Shown here: piece after piece, positions 53,911 to 62,708 of the stretch
How the letters are laid out: each line of letters opens with the position of its first letter
How positions within the stretch are numbered: position 1 is the stretch's first letter
Sequence record: NC_049850.1
Direction: 5' to 3' (one strand)
DNA: 64,000 bases
Notes under the pieces: model-generated
Told to the model about the DNA's origin: nothing
The model's database searches: none
The model's input: only the letters and a program-made list of their open reading frames with translations
Made by a program: the position numbers and the translations under genes

Positions 53911-55146
53911 TTACGTTCTCCTGATACCTGTTACGTTGTCCCGTGCCATCAGCGTGGTCGGAGGCTTGGTCTGGGTGCGGGCACGGCGTGGTAGCAACCG
54001 GAAAATTTCCTGTGGCTGCGTTACCCGCACCATGGCCTCCCACCCCAAGATGTTGCGCTCACGCGTGTTCCACGGGTTGGTGTTCTGCACTATCAGGGCC
54101 TTACCGAACTGGCGCTCGACGATGATGTCCTCGGTGTCGGCACGCGGGCAGTTCGGGCTCATGATGATGTTGAATGGCTCGTCTTTCTCCAGAAGTGCCG
54201 TGTTATTGCCAGACGGTCGCTTCGGAAATTCAAAGTACACCGATTCTGCGCTAAGCCCGAACTGTAGTTCAAGGTGTGTGAATCGTGTAAAGCCAGAGGC
54301 CCCCAGAATGTGTTGACGCCCATCACAGAACTGCATGAAGTGCTGGGCGCTACGGATCGGCACGCTGTCGACCGTGAAGCGAGCCGGTGTCGGCTCCGTA
54401 TCGTTCCAGACGCGCAGCGCGTCAACGAGTATGGCACCGCGCGGCAGCACTACCCTCACGTCAAAGCCAGTTGCGTCGACCGCCAGCGGCCGTGCCAGCG
54501 TGTCCATAACGCCGCCGTCACGCACCTGCACGTCGGTACACGTCAACACCTGCCGGTGACCACGGAACGGGGTGTACCCGCCAATGTAGCCAGAGCCAAA
54601 GCAGATCGGGCACGAGTTGTCGGAATGCCCCATCATACCGGCGTCGAGATCACCGATGGCTTCTTCGACAGTCTCAGCCTGCACCGGCCCGTTGTCACCA
54701 AACCCGTTTCCGTTGATCAGGTCTGCGAACGGTATGTCGTCAAGATTCTCTGCGTTGTCCGGATGCACTGCAACGTCAAAGACGCCTTGGTATTTGTTGT
54801 CCGGCGCGTTCGGGCTTGACTGACCCTCCGGGACCTTGCGGTTCTGGTTGTAGGCAGTGACGTTGAATTCCAGCGCGCCACTGATCATCTGGTTGATGGC
54901 ACCGATACTGGCCTTGCCCTCTTCGTTGAGCAGGCCGTTGATGCGTTTGCGCCGGGCCTGACACGTGCACGGGCGACCATTCGTGAGTTTCGTGTACAGG
55001 ATAGACTCGATACCCTGCGGCCGGAATGCGTTATAGTAACGCTGTTGCATGACCGGCAGGATTTCTTGAATCGCCTTTTCCGCCACGTCGGCTGCGCGAG
55101 AGTTCGCGGCCAAGATGCGGTTGTTGTTTGATTCGCGTACGGGCAT
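53911..55146 (-). CDS. putative neck/head-closure protein (T4 gp14-like, 411 aa) with PCTC and CPICFGSG motifs
   Basis: AGGAGG RBS; AATTTTAT motif upstream; function inferred from pattern and synteny. Confidence 0.55.
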   Translation of the reverse strand: MPVRESNNNRILAANSRAADVAEKAIQEILPVMQQRYYNAFRPQGIESILYTKLTNGRPCTCQARRKRINGLLNEEGKASIGAINQMISGALEFNVTAYNQNRKVPEGQSSPNAPDNKYQGVFDVAVHPDNAENLDDIPFADLINGNGFGDNGPVQAETVEEAIGDLDAGMMGHSDNSCPICFGSGYIGGYTPFRGHRQVLTCTDVQVRDGGVMDTLARPLAVDATGFDVRVVLPRGAILVDALRVWNDTEPTPARFTVDSVPIRSAQHFMQFCDGRQHILGASGFTRFTHLELQFGLSAESVYFEFPKRPSGNNTALLEKDEPFNIIMSPNCPRADTEDIIVERQFGKALIVQNTNPWNTRERNILGWEAMVRVTQPQEIFRLLPRRARTQTKPPTTLMARDNVTGIRRT

Positions 55147-55221
55147 AAGCCCTCCTAAACTATCACTACTGCATAAAATTGCGAGATCAAAACGGCAATA
55201 AGGGGCGCAAGGCCCCAAGTT

Positions 55222-55584
55222 TTACAGCTTGTACATGAGTGACGACGCACAATGCACGCCGTACCGCAAATCCGGCATCACGGTCTTCGTGCTATGCACC
55301 TTCACGTTCTTCGGATCGAGCATCCGGTCGACGGTGATGAACCCGTCCATGTTGATGGTGATTCGGTGCCCACGGCGTCGATGGTTGAAGTCGACGGACC
55401 GTGCGTACCAGCGCGTCTCCCACAATTCTTTGTGTTCTTCAGCCGTCTTCTTGAGTGCGTCTACGCAAAGCTCCCAGTTGCGGTTGCGCTTGGCATGTCG
55501 CGTATCAGGTTCTGCGTGATGTTCCCAGAAGAAGTGGGGCTTCGAGCCTTCGTGGACGGTGTGCGAGCGGGCCGGACGCGTCAT
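55222..55584 (-). CDS. hypothetical protein (120 aa)
   Basis: ATGA overlap with deaminase stop. Confidence 0.6.
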   Translation of the reverse strand: MTRPARSHTVHEGSKPHFFWEHHAEPDTRHAKRNRNWELCVDALKKTAEEHKELWETRWYARSVDFNHRRRGHRITINMDGFITVDRMLDPKNVKVHSTKTVMPDLRYGVHCASSLMYKL

Positions 55585-56030
55585 TCGCCCACCTTCCGGA
55601 CGATAACGCCCGATGCTTGCAGGAGAGGAAGGCCGTTCGACCGCTCGTATACATGCTGGTACACGACCTCTCGAATCTTGGCCCGGATCGTGTGGAGTGC
55701 GCACGGAATGCACGGCCCGTGCGTCGTGTACATGCGAGCGCCTTCCGCGCTTGCGGTCGATCCCGAGAACTTGGACAGTGCGTTGAACTCAGCGTGCATC
55801 ACCGTCGGCTTCGTCACCATTTCGAGGCGAGCCACACCGTGTGCACACTCGGTGACTGCGTGAAACCGCGTATCGTTGTCGTGGCCCGGAGGTGTTCCGT
55901 TCCAACCCAGCGTGATCATGTCGTCCGGCGTCACAATCGCGCAACCGACTCCGTGTTTCGGGTCCACCGACATGGATGCCGCCGAACTCGCGATCTCCAT
56001 GTAAAGCATGTCTTCGTTCTCTCGTCGCAT
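55581..56030 (-). CDS. dCMP deaminase (149 aa)
   Basis: VGCAIV...GWNGTPPG, HAEFNAL and PCIPC zinc motifs. Confidence 0.9.
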   Translation of the reverse strand: MRRENEDMLYMEIASSAASMSVDPKHGVGCAIVTPDDMITLGWNGTPPGHDNDTRFHAVTECAHGVARLEMVTKPTVMHAEFNALSKFSGSTASAEGARMYTTHGPCIPCALHTIRAKIREVVYQHVYERSNGLPLLQASGVIVRKVGE

Positions 56031-56079
56031 CTAAATCCTCTGTAAGTGATGTAGCTAAACATTCTACATCACCTGCAAA

Positions 56080-56295
56080 TTATTTACTACCGTTTTCTTT
56101 CGAATCCAGTAGCCGCTCGGCCGCGTGCAGTTCCACACCCCCAGTCATCTTGTGGTAGATGTAGTTCTGCAATGCGTATTTGTTGTCGGGGTGGGATTTC
56201 TTGGCAGCGTCCCCTGCCTTGTCCCACTTCTTCTCCAGCGACTCCTTGCTGCCCTTCCCTTCCTTAACGTCGTGTTTGATCATGTTGTTCGGCAT
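56080..56295 (-). CDS. small basic protein (71 aa) with C-terminal VELHAAERLLDS motif
   Basis: GGAG RBS. Confidence 0.7.
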   Translation of the reverse strand: MPNNMIKHDVKEGKGSKESLEKKWDKAGDAAKKSHPDNKYALQNYIYHKMTGGVELHAAERLLDSKENGSK

Positions 56296-56313
56296 TTCAG
56301 TCTCCGCGTTGAA

Positions 56314-56871
56314 TTACACCTGCGAGTGTTGTTCGGTGTTTTGCTGATCTTGTTCGATTTCGTGCGAATTGTAGCGAGGCGTGAGATTTCGGAAGAAGTT
56401 GATCGTCTTCATCGAAGGATCGTCGTTGAGCAATGCCTTGACGCCAACGTGCAAAGGCTGCACATCGCTTACCTCGTCGACCCAAACTGCCTGCGCCGTT
56501 TCCCAGTTCAGCGCAGGCTCGAATTCGTGCGGCACGATTGCCAGAAAGTTCTGGTAGCTCATGCCGGGGCCCCGGAATACGAGAAGCGGCATCAACTTGA
56601 CGGGGCCTCGATACCCTGCTTCTTCCTGCACCTCGCGGCGCACTGCCTGTGACACGTTCTCACCGTGGTCGACAGCGCCTCCCCATGTACCCCAGCAGTT
56701 CGGGTCGGACACGCCCTCGGAACGCAAAGGCATCAGGAATCGCCCGGTGTCAGCCGCCATGATCAGGCACCCGGCACACACCTTACCCCAGTAGTTTGGA
56801 TCGCTGGTCACGAGCGGCGGCAACCACTCGGTATCGCGGATATCGGTCAACAATCTGTACGCTGCTTCCAT
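56314..56871 (-). CDS. Nudix hydrolase (185 aa)
   Basis: Nudix box GGAVDHGENVSQAVRREVQEEAG; N-terminal MEAAYRLL. Confidence 0.9.
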   Translation of the reverse strand: MEAAYRLLTDIRDTEWLPPLVTSDPNYWGKVCAGCLIMAADTGRFLMPLRSEGVSDPNCWGTWGGAVDHGENVSQAVRREVQEEAGYRGPVKLMPLLVFRGPGMSYQNFLAIVPHEFEPALNWETAQAVWVDEVSDVQPLHVGVKALLNDDPSMKTINFFRNLTPRYNSHEIEQDQQNTEQHSQV

Positions 56872-56946
56872 TCTGATCTCCTTGTCTATGGCATGAAATT
56901 AGCCTCCGGGTATAACAAAAAGGCCCGCACTAGGCGAGCCTTCTAC

Positions 56947-57906
56947 TTACTTGAACACGTCGCTGCTGCTGTAGTGTTCGGGCACTTCCACGTCGTCATC
57001 GGGGATCACCACCTGCGTGTGCGCATGCAGTTGGTCCCGTGCCTCGGCTGCCGCAGCGTGCGCTTCCGGATCGCGCGCCGTCTCGAACACGCGTTGTTGC
57101 GCGGCTTCGGCCTCGGCCTCGAACAGTGTCTCGGTCGGGGACAGGAGAACCGGGGCCGTGAGCGCCGACAGGGCTTCCAGACGGTCGTGCAGTTCGATGT
57201 ACTCGTCTTGCAGTTCCTTGCGCCCGAACAGCGTGGCACGGATGTGCTCTTCCGGTGCTCGGAAGTTCGGGCCCTTGAGGACCTTGCCATGCTCGTTCTT
57301 CGTGACCGTGCCGTCCGGGTTCAGCTTCGTGAAGTTCGAGCCCATGATGCAGTGCAGAACCTCTTCCAGCGGAATGCCAAACTTCAGGGCCTCGCTTCGG
57401 TTGTACACGTTCATGTCCCCGAGCCAGTCCGCGATCATGACGAGTGCTTCCTCGTCGATGTTCTGCATCACGTTCTCGTGGAACAGGCGTTCCGGGTCTT
57501 CGTACACGGTGTTGGCGTCGAGCGCGATGGTGGGCTGCATCGCCTTCTGCATCAGGGCCACGAGATTCGAGATTCGAGCACCCGGAACACCAACCTTCTC
57601 GGACAGCGCGACCAGTTGCTCGTGCGTCGGCTTCTGCTTTTTCTTCACCCACTCGCGGAACACCAAGAACGCGAGAATTTCGCGGCCTTCGTGCATTTCC
57701 TCTTCCAGCGTCTTCAGGAACCCGGTGATGCGCTCGACCGGCGATTCGCCCAGTCCGTTCAGCGTGGGCTCCCGGTTGACCGGCAGGCCGTACATGCGGT
57801 TCATCTTCAGAACAGCCCACGGGAAGAAGTGGCCGATCTCAAGACCGGAGGCCGCGAAGTCACGCGCGGCCGAGCCGACAACGTGGTTGTATTCCTTCAA
57901 ATCCAA
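56947..57906 (-). CDS. all-alpha NTP pyrophosphohydrolase (MazG/PRA-PH-like, possible dUTPase, 319 aa)
   Basis: LEEEMHE...ADWLGDM...IMGSNFTKL..DG...NEHGKVLKGPNF signature; TTG start with AAGGAG. Confidence 0.8.
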   Translation of the reverse strand: MDLKEYNHVVGSAARDFAASGLEIGHFFPWAVLKMNRMYGLPVNREPTLNGLGESPVERITGFLKTLEEEMHEGREILAFLVFREWVKKKQKPTHEQLVALSEKVGVPGARISNLVALMQKAMQPTIALDANTVYEDPERLFHENVMQNIDEEALVMIADWLGDMNVYNRSEALKFGIPLEEVLHCIMGSNFTKLNPDGTVTKNEHGKVLKGPNFRAPEEHIRATLFGRKELQDEYIELHDRLEALSALTAPVLLSPTETLFEAEAEAAQQRVFETARDPEAHAAAAEARDQLHAHTQVVIPDDDVEVPEHYSSSDVFK

Positions 57907-57921
57907 AACAACTCTCCTTGG

Positions 57922-58716
57922 TTAGCGCGTATGCGAACGATACGGATACGGCGCGATCTTGTTGATGATGTCTGCTGCGCGCTCGCCGAAACGGTAATTG
58001 GCAGCGGCTTGTGGGCTCGCGAACTCGATACCGTCGACAACGGTTTCGGGATCACGTGCGTCTTCGAGTTCAGGCTCCGGAGCCTGACCGGCACCGTCAT
58101 TGTTGTCCGGCACGCTGATCCCCGTGAGAACCGGACCATTGCCCGCACCATCGCGCAGGTACACGTCGACGTTCGGGTTCAGGCCGCCAAGCTGGCCGAG
58201 GTAGGTGGCCTTGCCTTCCGGTGCTTCAGGGACGCCCGGAGCCGAGATCGTGAGGACGCCGCCCGCGTCGGTGACATTGATGTTCGAGCCGATGGTCGGT
58301 GCCGATGTGCCGTGTTGCAGCGTGTGCTTCGGGAACGTGATCGGGCCATACGAGGCACCCGGGTCGACGCGCGGCCTGCGGTTGCGTTCCTCCATAGCAT
58401 CGCGCTCGATATCGGCAAGCACGCCGTCGAGATCGATACCCATGGCCTTAGCAGCTTCCGGCAGTTTCATGCCAGCGACGACGGATGCCGGTGCTTCAGG
58501 CAGCAACGAATCGATGTCGCCCCCTGTAATCGCGTTCAGCACGTCGTTGATATTGTCGGCCTCGATGGCCATAGCGCGGATCGCGCGCGACAGGTGAAGG
58601 GCGGCACGCAGTCCGTGAACGTACTCGACGGGGGCACCCTTCTTGGCGGCCTCCAGCGAGTCGATGACGCGATCCAACGTCGGAACATCGCACCCCTTCT
58701 GATAAACGTCAGTCAC
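57922..58716 (-). CDS. hypothetical protein (264 aa)
   Basis: GTG start overlapping end of upstream gene. Confidence 0.65.
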   Translation of the reverse strand: MTDVYQKGCDVPTLDRVIDSLEAAKKGAPVEYVHGLRAALHLSRAIRAMAIEADNINDVLNAITGGDIDSLLPEAPASVVAGMKLPEAAKAMGIDLDGVLADIERDAMEERNRRPRVDPGASYGPITFPKHTLQHGTSAPTIGSNINVTDAGGVLTISAPGVPEAPEGKATYLGQLGGLNPNVDVYLRDGAGNGPVLTGISVPDNNDGAGQAPEPELEDARDPETVVDGIEFASPQAAANYRFGERAADIINKIAPYPYRSHTR

Positions 58717-58993
58717 TCTTCTTCTCCTTCTTGGATTTGGGCTCGGATACGATTACCTCGAATTCGAGTTCACCGGCCTCCGAGCGTTGGGCCAGCAACT
58801 CCAGATGTGCCGCGAGCTTGCGCAGGGCCTTCGCGCTCGAAGGCAGGCTGATGCCCTGAAAGCCCATCTTCCAGACATCCGGCTCCTTAGCCGTCGTGTA
58901 CTGCTGGCGCACCGAGATCAGCTTCTGCCCCTCATACTCGATGGGGTTGATGTAGATCGCCTTGTTCTCACGTACCTTGAACCGCTTACCCAT
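58709..58993 (-). CDS. PC4/p15-like ssDNA-binding protein (94 aa)
   Basis: YEGQKLISVRQQY...WKMGFQGISL matches PC4 pattern. Confidence 0.65.
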   Translation of the reverse strand: MGKRFKVRENKAIYINPIEYEGQKLISVRQQYTTAKEPDVWKMGFQGISLPSSAKALRKLAAHLELLAQRSEAGELEFEVIVSEPKSKKEKKSD

Positions 58994-59417
58994 GCACAAC
59001 CGCCGTCATGAAAAGGCGATGGCGCGCGAGTTCGTCGGCACCGAGTTGCTTGAGCGCGTTGACCATGGGTTCGCGCTGCTCCGGGTACACGTCATCGCAC
59101 AGGATGGTCCATGCGGCACCGTCGAACCAGCTAAGGTAGAACGGATCGTCTGGACTCTTGAGGTGATCCTCCACGCGTGCCTTGAGCGTGTGCACGTCGA
59201 TGACCGCGATGTACCGCGTAGTCTTGTTCCCAGAGGCGATGCGCCATTCACGATAGCGACGCCACGCATGCTTCCACTGGCGGTGGACTGACGCGGGCGC
59301 GATGATCATGATCGGGCCGTCCGTGTTTCGCGGATGGTGGTTCTCGATGGCGTGGATGACCTGTGCGATGCGGTCGATACGATCGTTGCTCAGGTCCAAC
59401 ATTACTTCTTTACTCAA
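58986..59417 (-). CDS. hypothetical protein (143 aa)
   Basis: TTG start with GGAG. Confidence 0.65.
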   Translation of the reverse strand: MSKEVMLDLSNDRIDRIAQVIHAIENHHPRNTDGPIMIIAPASVHRQWKHAWRRYREWRIASGNKTTRYIAVIDVHTLKARVEDHLKSPDDPFYLSWFDGAAWTILCDDVYPEQREPMVNALKQLGADELARHRLFMTAVVHG

Positions 59418-59426
59418 AACGCTCTC

Positions 59427-59645
59427 CTAGTCCAGAAACCGGTGGGTCGGGCCATTGTCGTCGATGAACGTCAGGCCATGTTGATCTGCGAGATCATACG
59501 CGTATGCCTTGGCCGCGTCAAGGTCTTCGTATTCCCACGCGTTCCGTGAGGCACGCCGGTAATCGTCGAACTCGTAGCTCCACGCGAGCACCAGATACAG
59601 AATCTTGGGGTCCTTGCGGCTGTAAATCAGAATCCACTGTTGCAT
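59427..59645 (-). CDS. hypothetical protein (72 aa)
   Basis: AAGGAGG RBS. Confidence 0.7.
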   Translation of the reverse strand: MQQWILIYSRKDPKILYLVLAWSYEFDDYRRASRNAWEYEDLDAAKAYAYDLADQHGLTFIDDNGPTHRFLD

Positions 59646-59654
59646 GTGGCCTCC

Positions 59655-60197
59655 TTACTTCTTGGGGCGCGGACGCGCCGGGGTCTTGGTGTAGACGATG
59701 CGCGTGCGTTCGGGCTTGCGTCCGTTAGCGGTGTCACTGGCCTTCGAATACATCTTGCGGGGCACGTCAATCCAGCCGTTCTCGGAAGTGCTGGACGCCT
59801 CAACCTGATAGATTGTGGTGAACGAGGGCGCGAAGTTCTCGTGCCAGTAGCGCGTGAGCATGTTCGCGATAATGTGGCCCACGCGATCCTGAAGCTTTTC
59901 ACCGTCCTTCTCATACTGGATGCGGCCCCAGCCACGCAGGCGCAGCATGCCTTCCTCGGATGCCGGATCGTCTGCCACCATGTTCCCGTCTGCGTCCATG
60001 ATGAAGCCACAGTTGTAGACGAACGGCGGTCGGTATAGATCGAGCGCGCGGCTCGTCAACTCACCGACTTGCGGCTCGGTGTGTTCGGCTGAACGCCGCA
60101 GGCCCTCAGCAACAGCAGCGTCCCAGATTTCCTGTTCGTCGGGGGCACGGCCATTGAGGGCGATGAAACCACCACGGAAGCTTGCGAGTGTCGGCAT
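59655..60197 (-). CDS. hypothetical protein (180 aa, MPTLASF...)
   Basis: AAGGAG RBS; start moved from 60311. Confidence 0.7.
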   Translation of the reverse strand: MPTLASFRGGFIALNGRAPDEQEIWDAAVAEGLRRSAEHTEPQVGELTSRALDLYRPPFVYNCGFIMDADGNMVADDPASEEGMLRLRGWGRIQYEKDGEKLQDRVGHIIANMLTRYWHENFAPSFTTIYQVEASSTSENGWIDVPRKMYSKASDTANGRKPERTRIVYTKTPARPRPKK

Positions 60198-60208
60198 GGG
60201 TTGCTCCT

Positions 60209-60373
60209 TTAAGCGAGAAGTGCGAGAAGTGCGACGGGGATCATGATCAGCGTGGTCACGATCTCGATGGGCGTTGATTTGTCGGCCCAGTTCGCACGTG
60301 CCATCTTGCACAGATGGATACGCGTGTTCAGCGCCATGAACGTGATCGCAGCAACCTTGAGCGTGTAAAGCAT
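60209..60373 (-). CDS. small two-TM membrane protein (54 aa)
   Basis: translated by hand: MLYTLKVAAITFMAL...IVTTLIMIPVALLALLA. Confidence 0.45.
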   Translation of the reverse strand: MLYTLKVAAITFMALNTRIHLCKMARANWADKSTPIEIVTTLIMIPVALLALLA

Positions 60374-60461
60374 TTCATCCCCTATACGTTAATCGATAAC
60401 AGGAGTATCGCACGCATCGTTTCCGCTGTCAAACGAAAAACGGACCCGAAGGTCCGTTTTC

Positions 60462-60764
60462 TTAATCTCGGATGTTGAAGTCGAGCGCGCGGTCGTACAC
60501 GAGGGTGCTGTACGGCAAGCCGATGACCACGCCGTTTACAATGCGTACGCAAAACAGGTCAGCCGTACCCTCACCATCGATGTAGCCGTTGCCGTCGACC
60601 AGCATGTACAGGTCTTCCGGGCTGTTGTCCAGCCGCGTCGAGAACACAGTTCCGTAGCCCTTCTGCGAAAGGGCCTCGGGCTCGCGCGGGGCCTTTGTGA
60701 ACTTGATGTTTTCTTGATTGACACCAGCGAATTTGCGGGCCTGTGCTTTCTTTCCACCGCTCAT
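60462..60764 (-). CDS. hypothetical protein (100 aa)
   Basis: ATGA overlap; GGAGG RBS. Confidence 0.7.
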   Translation of the reverse strand: MSGGKKAQARKFAGVNQENIKFTKAPREPEALSQKGYGTVFSTRLDNSPEDLYMLVDGNGYIDGEGTADLFCVRIVNGVVIGLPYSTLVYDRALDFNIRD

Positions 60765-61414
60765 TGCTTTTCCTCCAGTTGTTTGAACTCCAGACGCGGA
60801 AGCGCGTCACGCACCGCACTCTTTTCGTTCGTGATCGTGGCGATCAGTGTTTCACGCATGCCGGGCGTCGACGCCAGTTGGTGCACGCGCTCCATGTGCG
60901 GCATGATCTCGGTCTTGAATGCAGGGTGCAAGCGCATGGTCTCGAAGTGATCATGCGGAATCATACCCTGCGTCATGATGTAGTTCTCGGCGCGACGCAT
61001 GAGCGTGAACTTCCACTCGTCTGCCTGTGCAGCCTGAAATGCCTCGGCGTCCGGCAGGTGCGCATATTTGCGCAGCGGCGTGATGCGCTTAATGCACTCG
61101 TGAATGAACGCGATCTCAGCCTCGCAGGCTGCGACGTTGGCATCGTTGATCTCGGACATTGCCGTGATCTCTTCAAGATCGGCGCGGGCTTCCAAACGCT
61201 CCCACTCGTGCTCGGCGTTGTTGATCTGCGCTTGCGCCTTCAACTGCTTTGCGAGCGTGCGCTTGGCCCCGGCCTTGGACATAGCGAGAGCGGCCTCACG
61301 GTCCTGTCGAAGATCGTGAAGTAGCGCGTACGCAGCATCTGCTGTGTGGCAGGCACCGACCATGAAATACGCGATCTGAAAATCATGGTTTTGTCGATTA
61401 GTTTTGTATTGCAT
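60761..61414 (-). CDS. coiled-coil hypothetical protein (217 aa, MQYKTNRQ...)
   Basis: AGGA RBS; divergent from propeller gene. Confidence 0.7.
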   Translation of the reverse strand: MQYKTNRQNHDFQIAYFMVGACHTADAAYALLHDLRQDREAALAMSKAGAKRTLAKQLKAQAQINNAEHEWERLEARADLEEITAMSEINDANVAACEAEIAFIHECIKRITPLRKYAHLPDAEAFQAAQADEWKFTLMRRAENYIMTQGMIPHDHFETMRLHPAFKTEIMPHMERVHQLASTPGMRETLIATITNEKSAVRDALPRLEFKQLEEKQ

Positions 61415-61453
61415 AAGTCCTAATTTTAGAGTATCACACAACAGGAGAAAAAC

Positions 61454-62395
61454 ATGCTGCTCTTCAACCCACTCTGGAACAACATAAACAAACCGTGGGG
61501 CGTTGGGCGTGCCGTGTTCGGTGGTGGTTCAAGTTCTGCATTCAACGGCACGAACGTCATCCGCCAGTACACGTTTGCGACCAACACGTGGGCATCGTCC
61601 ACGACCCTGACATTCGCCCCATACTACGTGGCCGCAGGCGGCAACGAGACTGAAGCGATCTTCGGCGGCGGTCAGGTCACAACTCCGTCGCCGGGCCCAA
61701 CCAACACCACCAACAAGTACAACTACAACGCAAACGTCTGTGCAGTTGGAACTAACTTGGCCCGAACGCGGTCGAACGCGGCGGGTACAGCAGACGCCAA
61801 CAACGCTTACTTCTTGGGCGGGGCTGGTGTCACGATCACCGAACTGTACAACTTCTCGTCGGACACCGTTAGCGATGGCGGCGCTATCAACAACCCTCCC
61901 TACAAGCAAGGGGCCGCAGCCGGTAATGACACGCAAGCTGCTATTCTTGGGGCCGACAGCGGAGCGGGTGCCAACAACGTTACAATCTACAACTACGCTG
62001 CTGGCTCTACGAGCCCGGGCCCCAGCCTCGCAAACGGCTTGCAGAGCAGCAGCGCCTGCGGGCTCCCAAGCATGGGCCTGTACGGCGGGGGTTACGATAA
62101 CACGGCCGCTGCGCGTACTGCTGCCACGTGGAAGTACACGTACGGTGCGGGCACCCTAGTTTCTGGGACCGCTCTTAGCGTACCGCGTAACCTGCTGGCC
62201 GCCACTAACTCCGACAAGACCGGAGTGTTCGGCGGTGGTATCGGTGATGCCAACGGATCGTATTACTCCACGGTCGACCTGTACGCGTTTGCCACAGACA
62301 CGGTAACAGCAGGCGCGAGTCTTGGGACCCCCACAAACGACTTGGCTGCGGCCTCGTCTCCTAACGGTGGACTCACGCCCCCGACAACGCCTTAA
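61454..62395 (+). CDS. Kelch-like six-bladed beta-propeller protein (313 aa)
   Basis: six ~45-aa repeats with hydrophobic-GG, Y-x-(F/Y) and G-x-x-L; AGGAG RBS. Confidence 0.75.
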   Translation: MLLFNPLWNNINKPWGVGRAVFGGGSSSAFNGTNVIRQYTFATNTWASSTTLTFAPYYVAAGGNETEAIFGGGQVTTPSPGPTNTTNKYNYNANVCAVGTNLARTRSNAAGTADANNAYFLGGAGVTITELYNFSSDTVSDGGAINNPPYKQGAAAGNDTQAAILGADSGAGANNVTIYNYAAGSTSPGPSLANGLQSSSACGLPSMGLYGGGYDNTAAARTAATWKYTYGAGTLVSGTALSVPRNLLAATNSDKTGVFGGGIGDANGSYYSTVDLYAFATDTVTAGASLGTPTNDLAAASSPNGGLTPPTTP

Positions 62396-62646
62396 TGCCT
62401 GTTGCTATAGAGGTAGGGGAATGCGATGGACTTCCACGCACCCCTTTCCAGCGGAGACGAGAACTCAAACTCCGGATCACCCACGGCTCCGCGCACGGCC
62501 GCCAGAATGATGTCACCACACTGGGAGCCGGAAGCACGCAGCATCAGCAGGTTGCTGATAAACGGGCCCCACAGTTCCGCAGGCGCGTGCGAATAGCCCG
62601 GCTTGAGCGGTGCTTCGCTTTCCGTGAATACCTGATCTGCAATCAT
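62392..62646 (-). CDS. hypothetical protein (84 aa)
   Basis: GGGAG RBS; terminator 62667-62692 upstream. Confidence 0.55.
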   Translation of the reverse strand: MIADQVFTESEAPLKPGYSHAPAELWGPFISNLLMLRASGSQCGDIILAAVRGAVGDPEFEFSSPLERGAWKSIAFPYLYSNRH

Positions 62647-62708
62647 GTCGACTCCCATAAACAAAGAACCCCCAGTCTAGCTGGGGGTTTTTCATTTGTC
62701 AACCGCTT

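Noticed and set aside
56665-58851. 728-aa plus-strand ORF
   Set aside because: Spans Nudix, MazG-like and next gene on the opposite strand; shadow of codon bias
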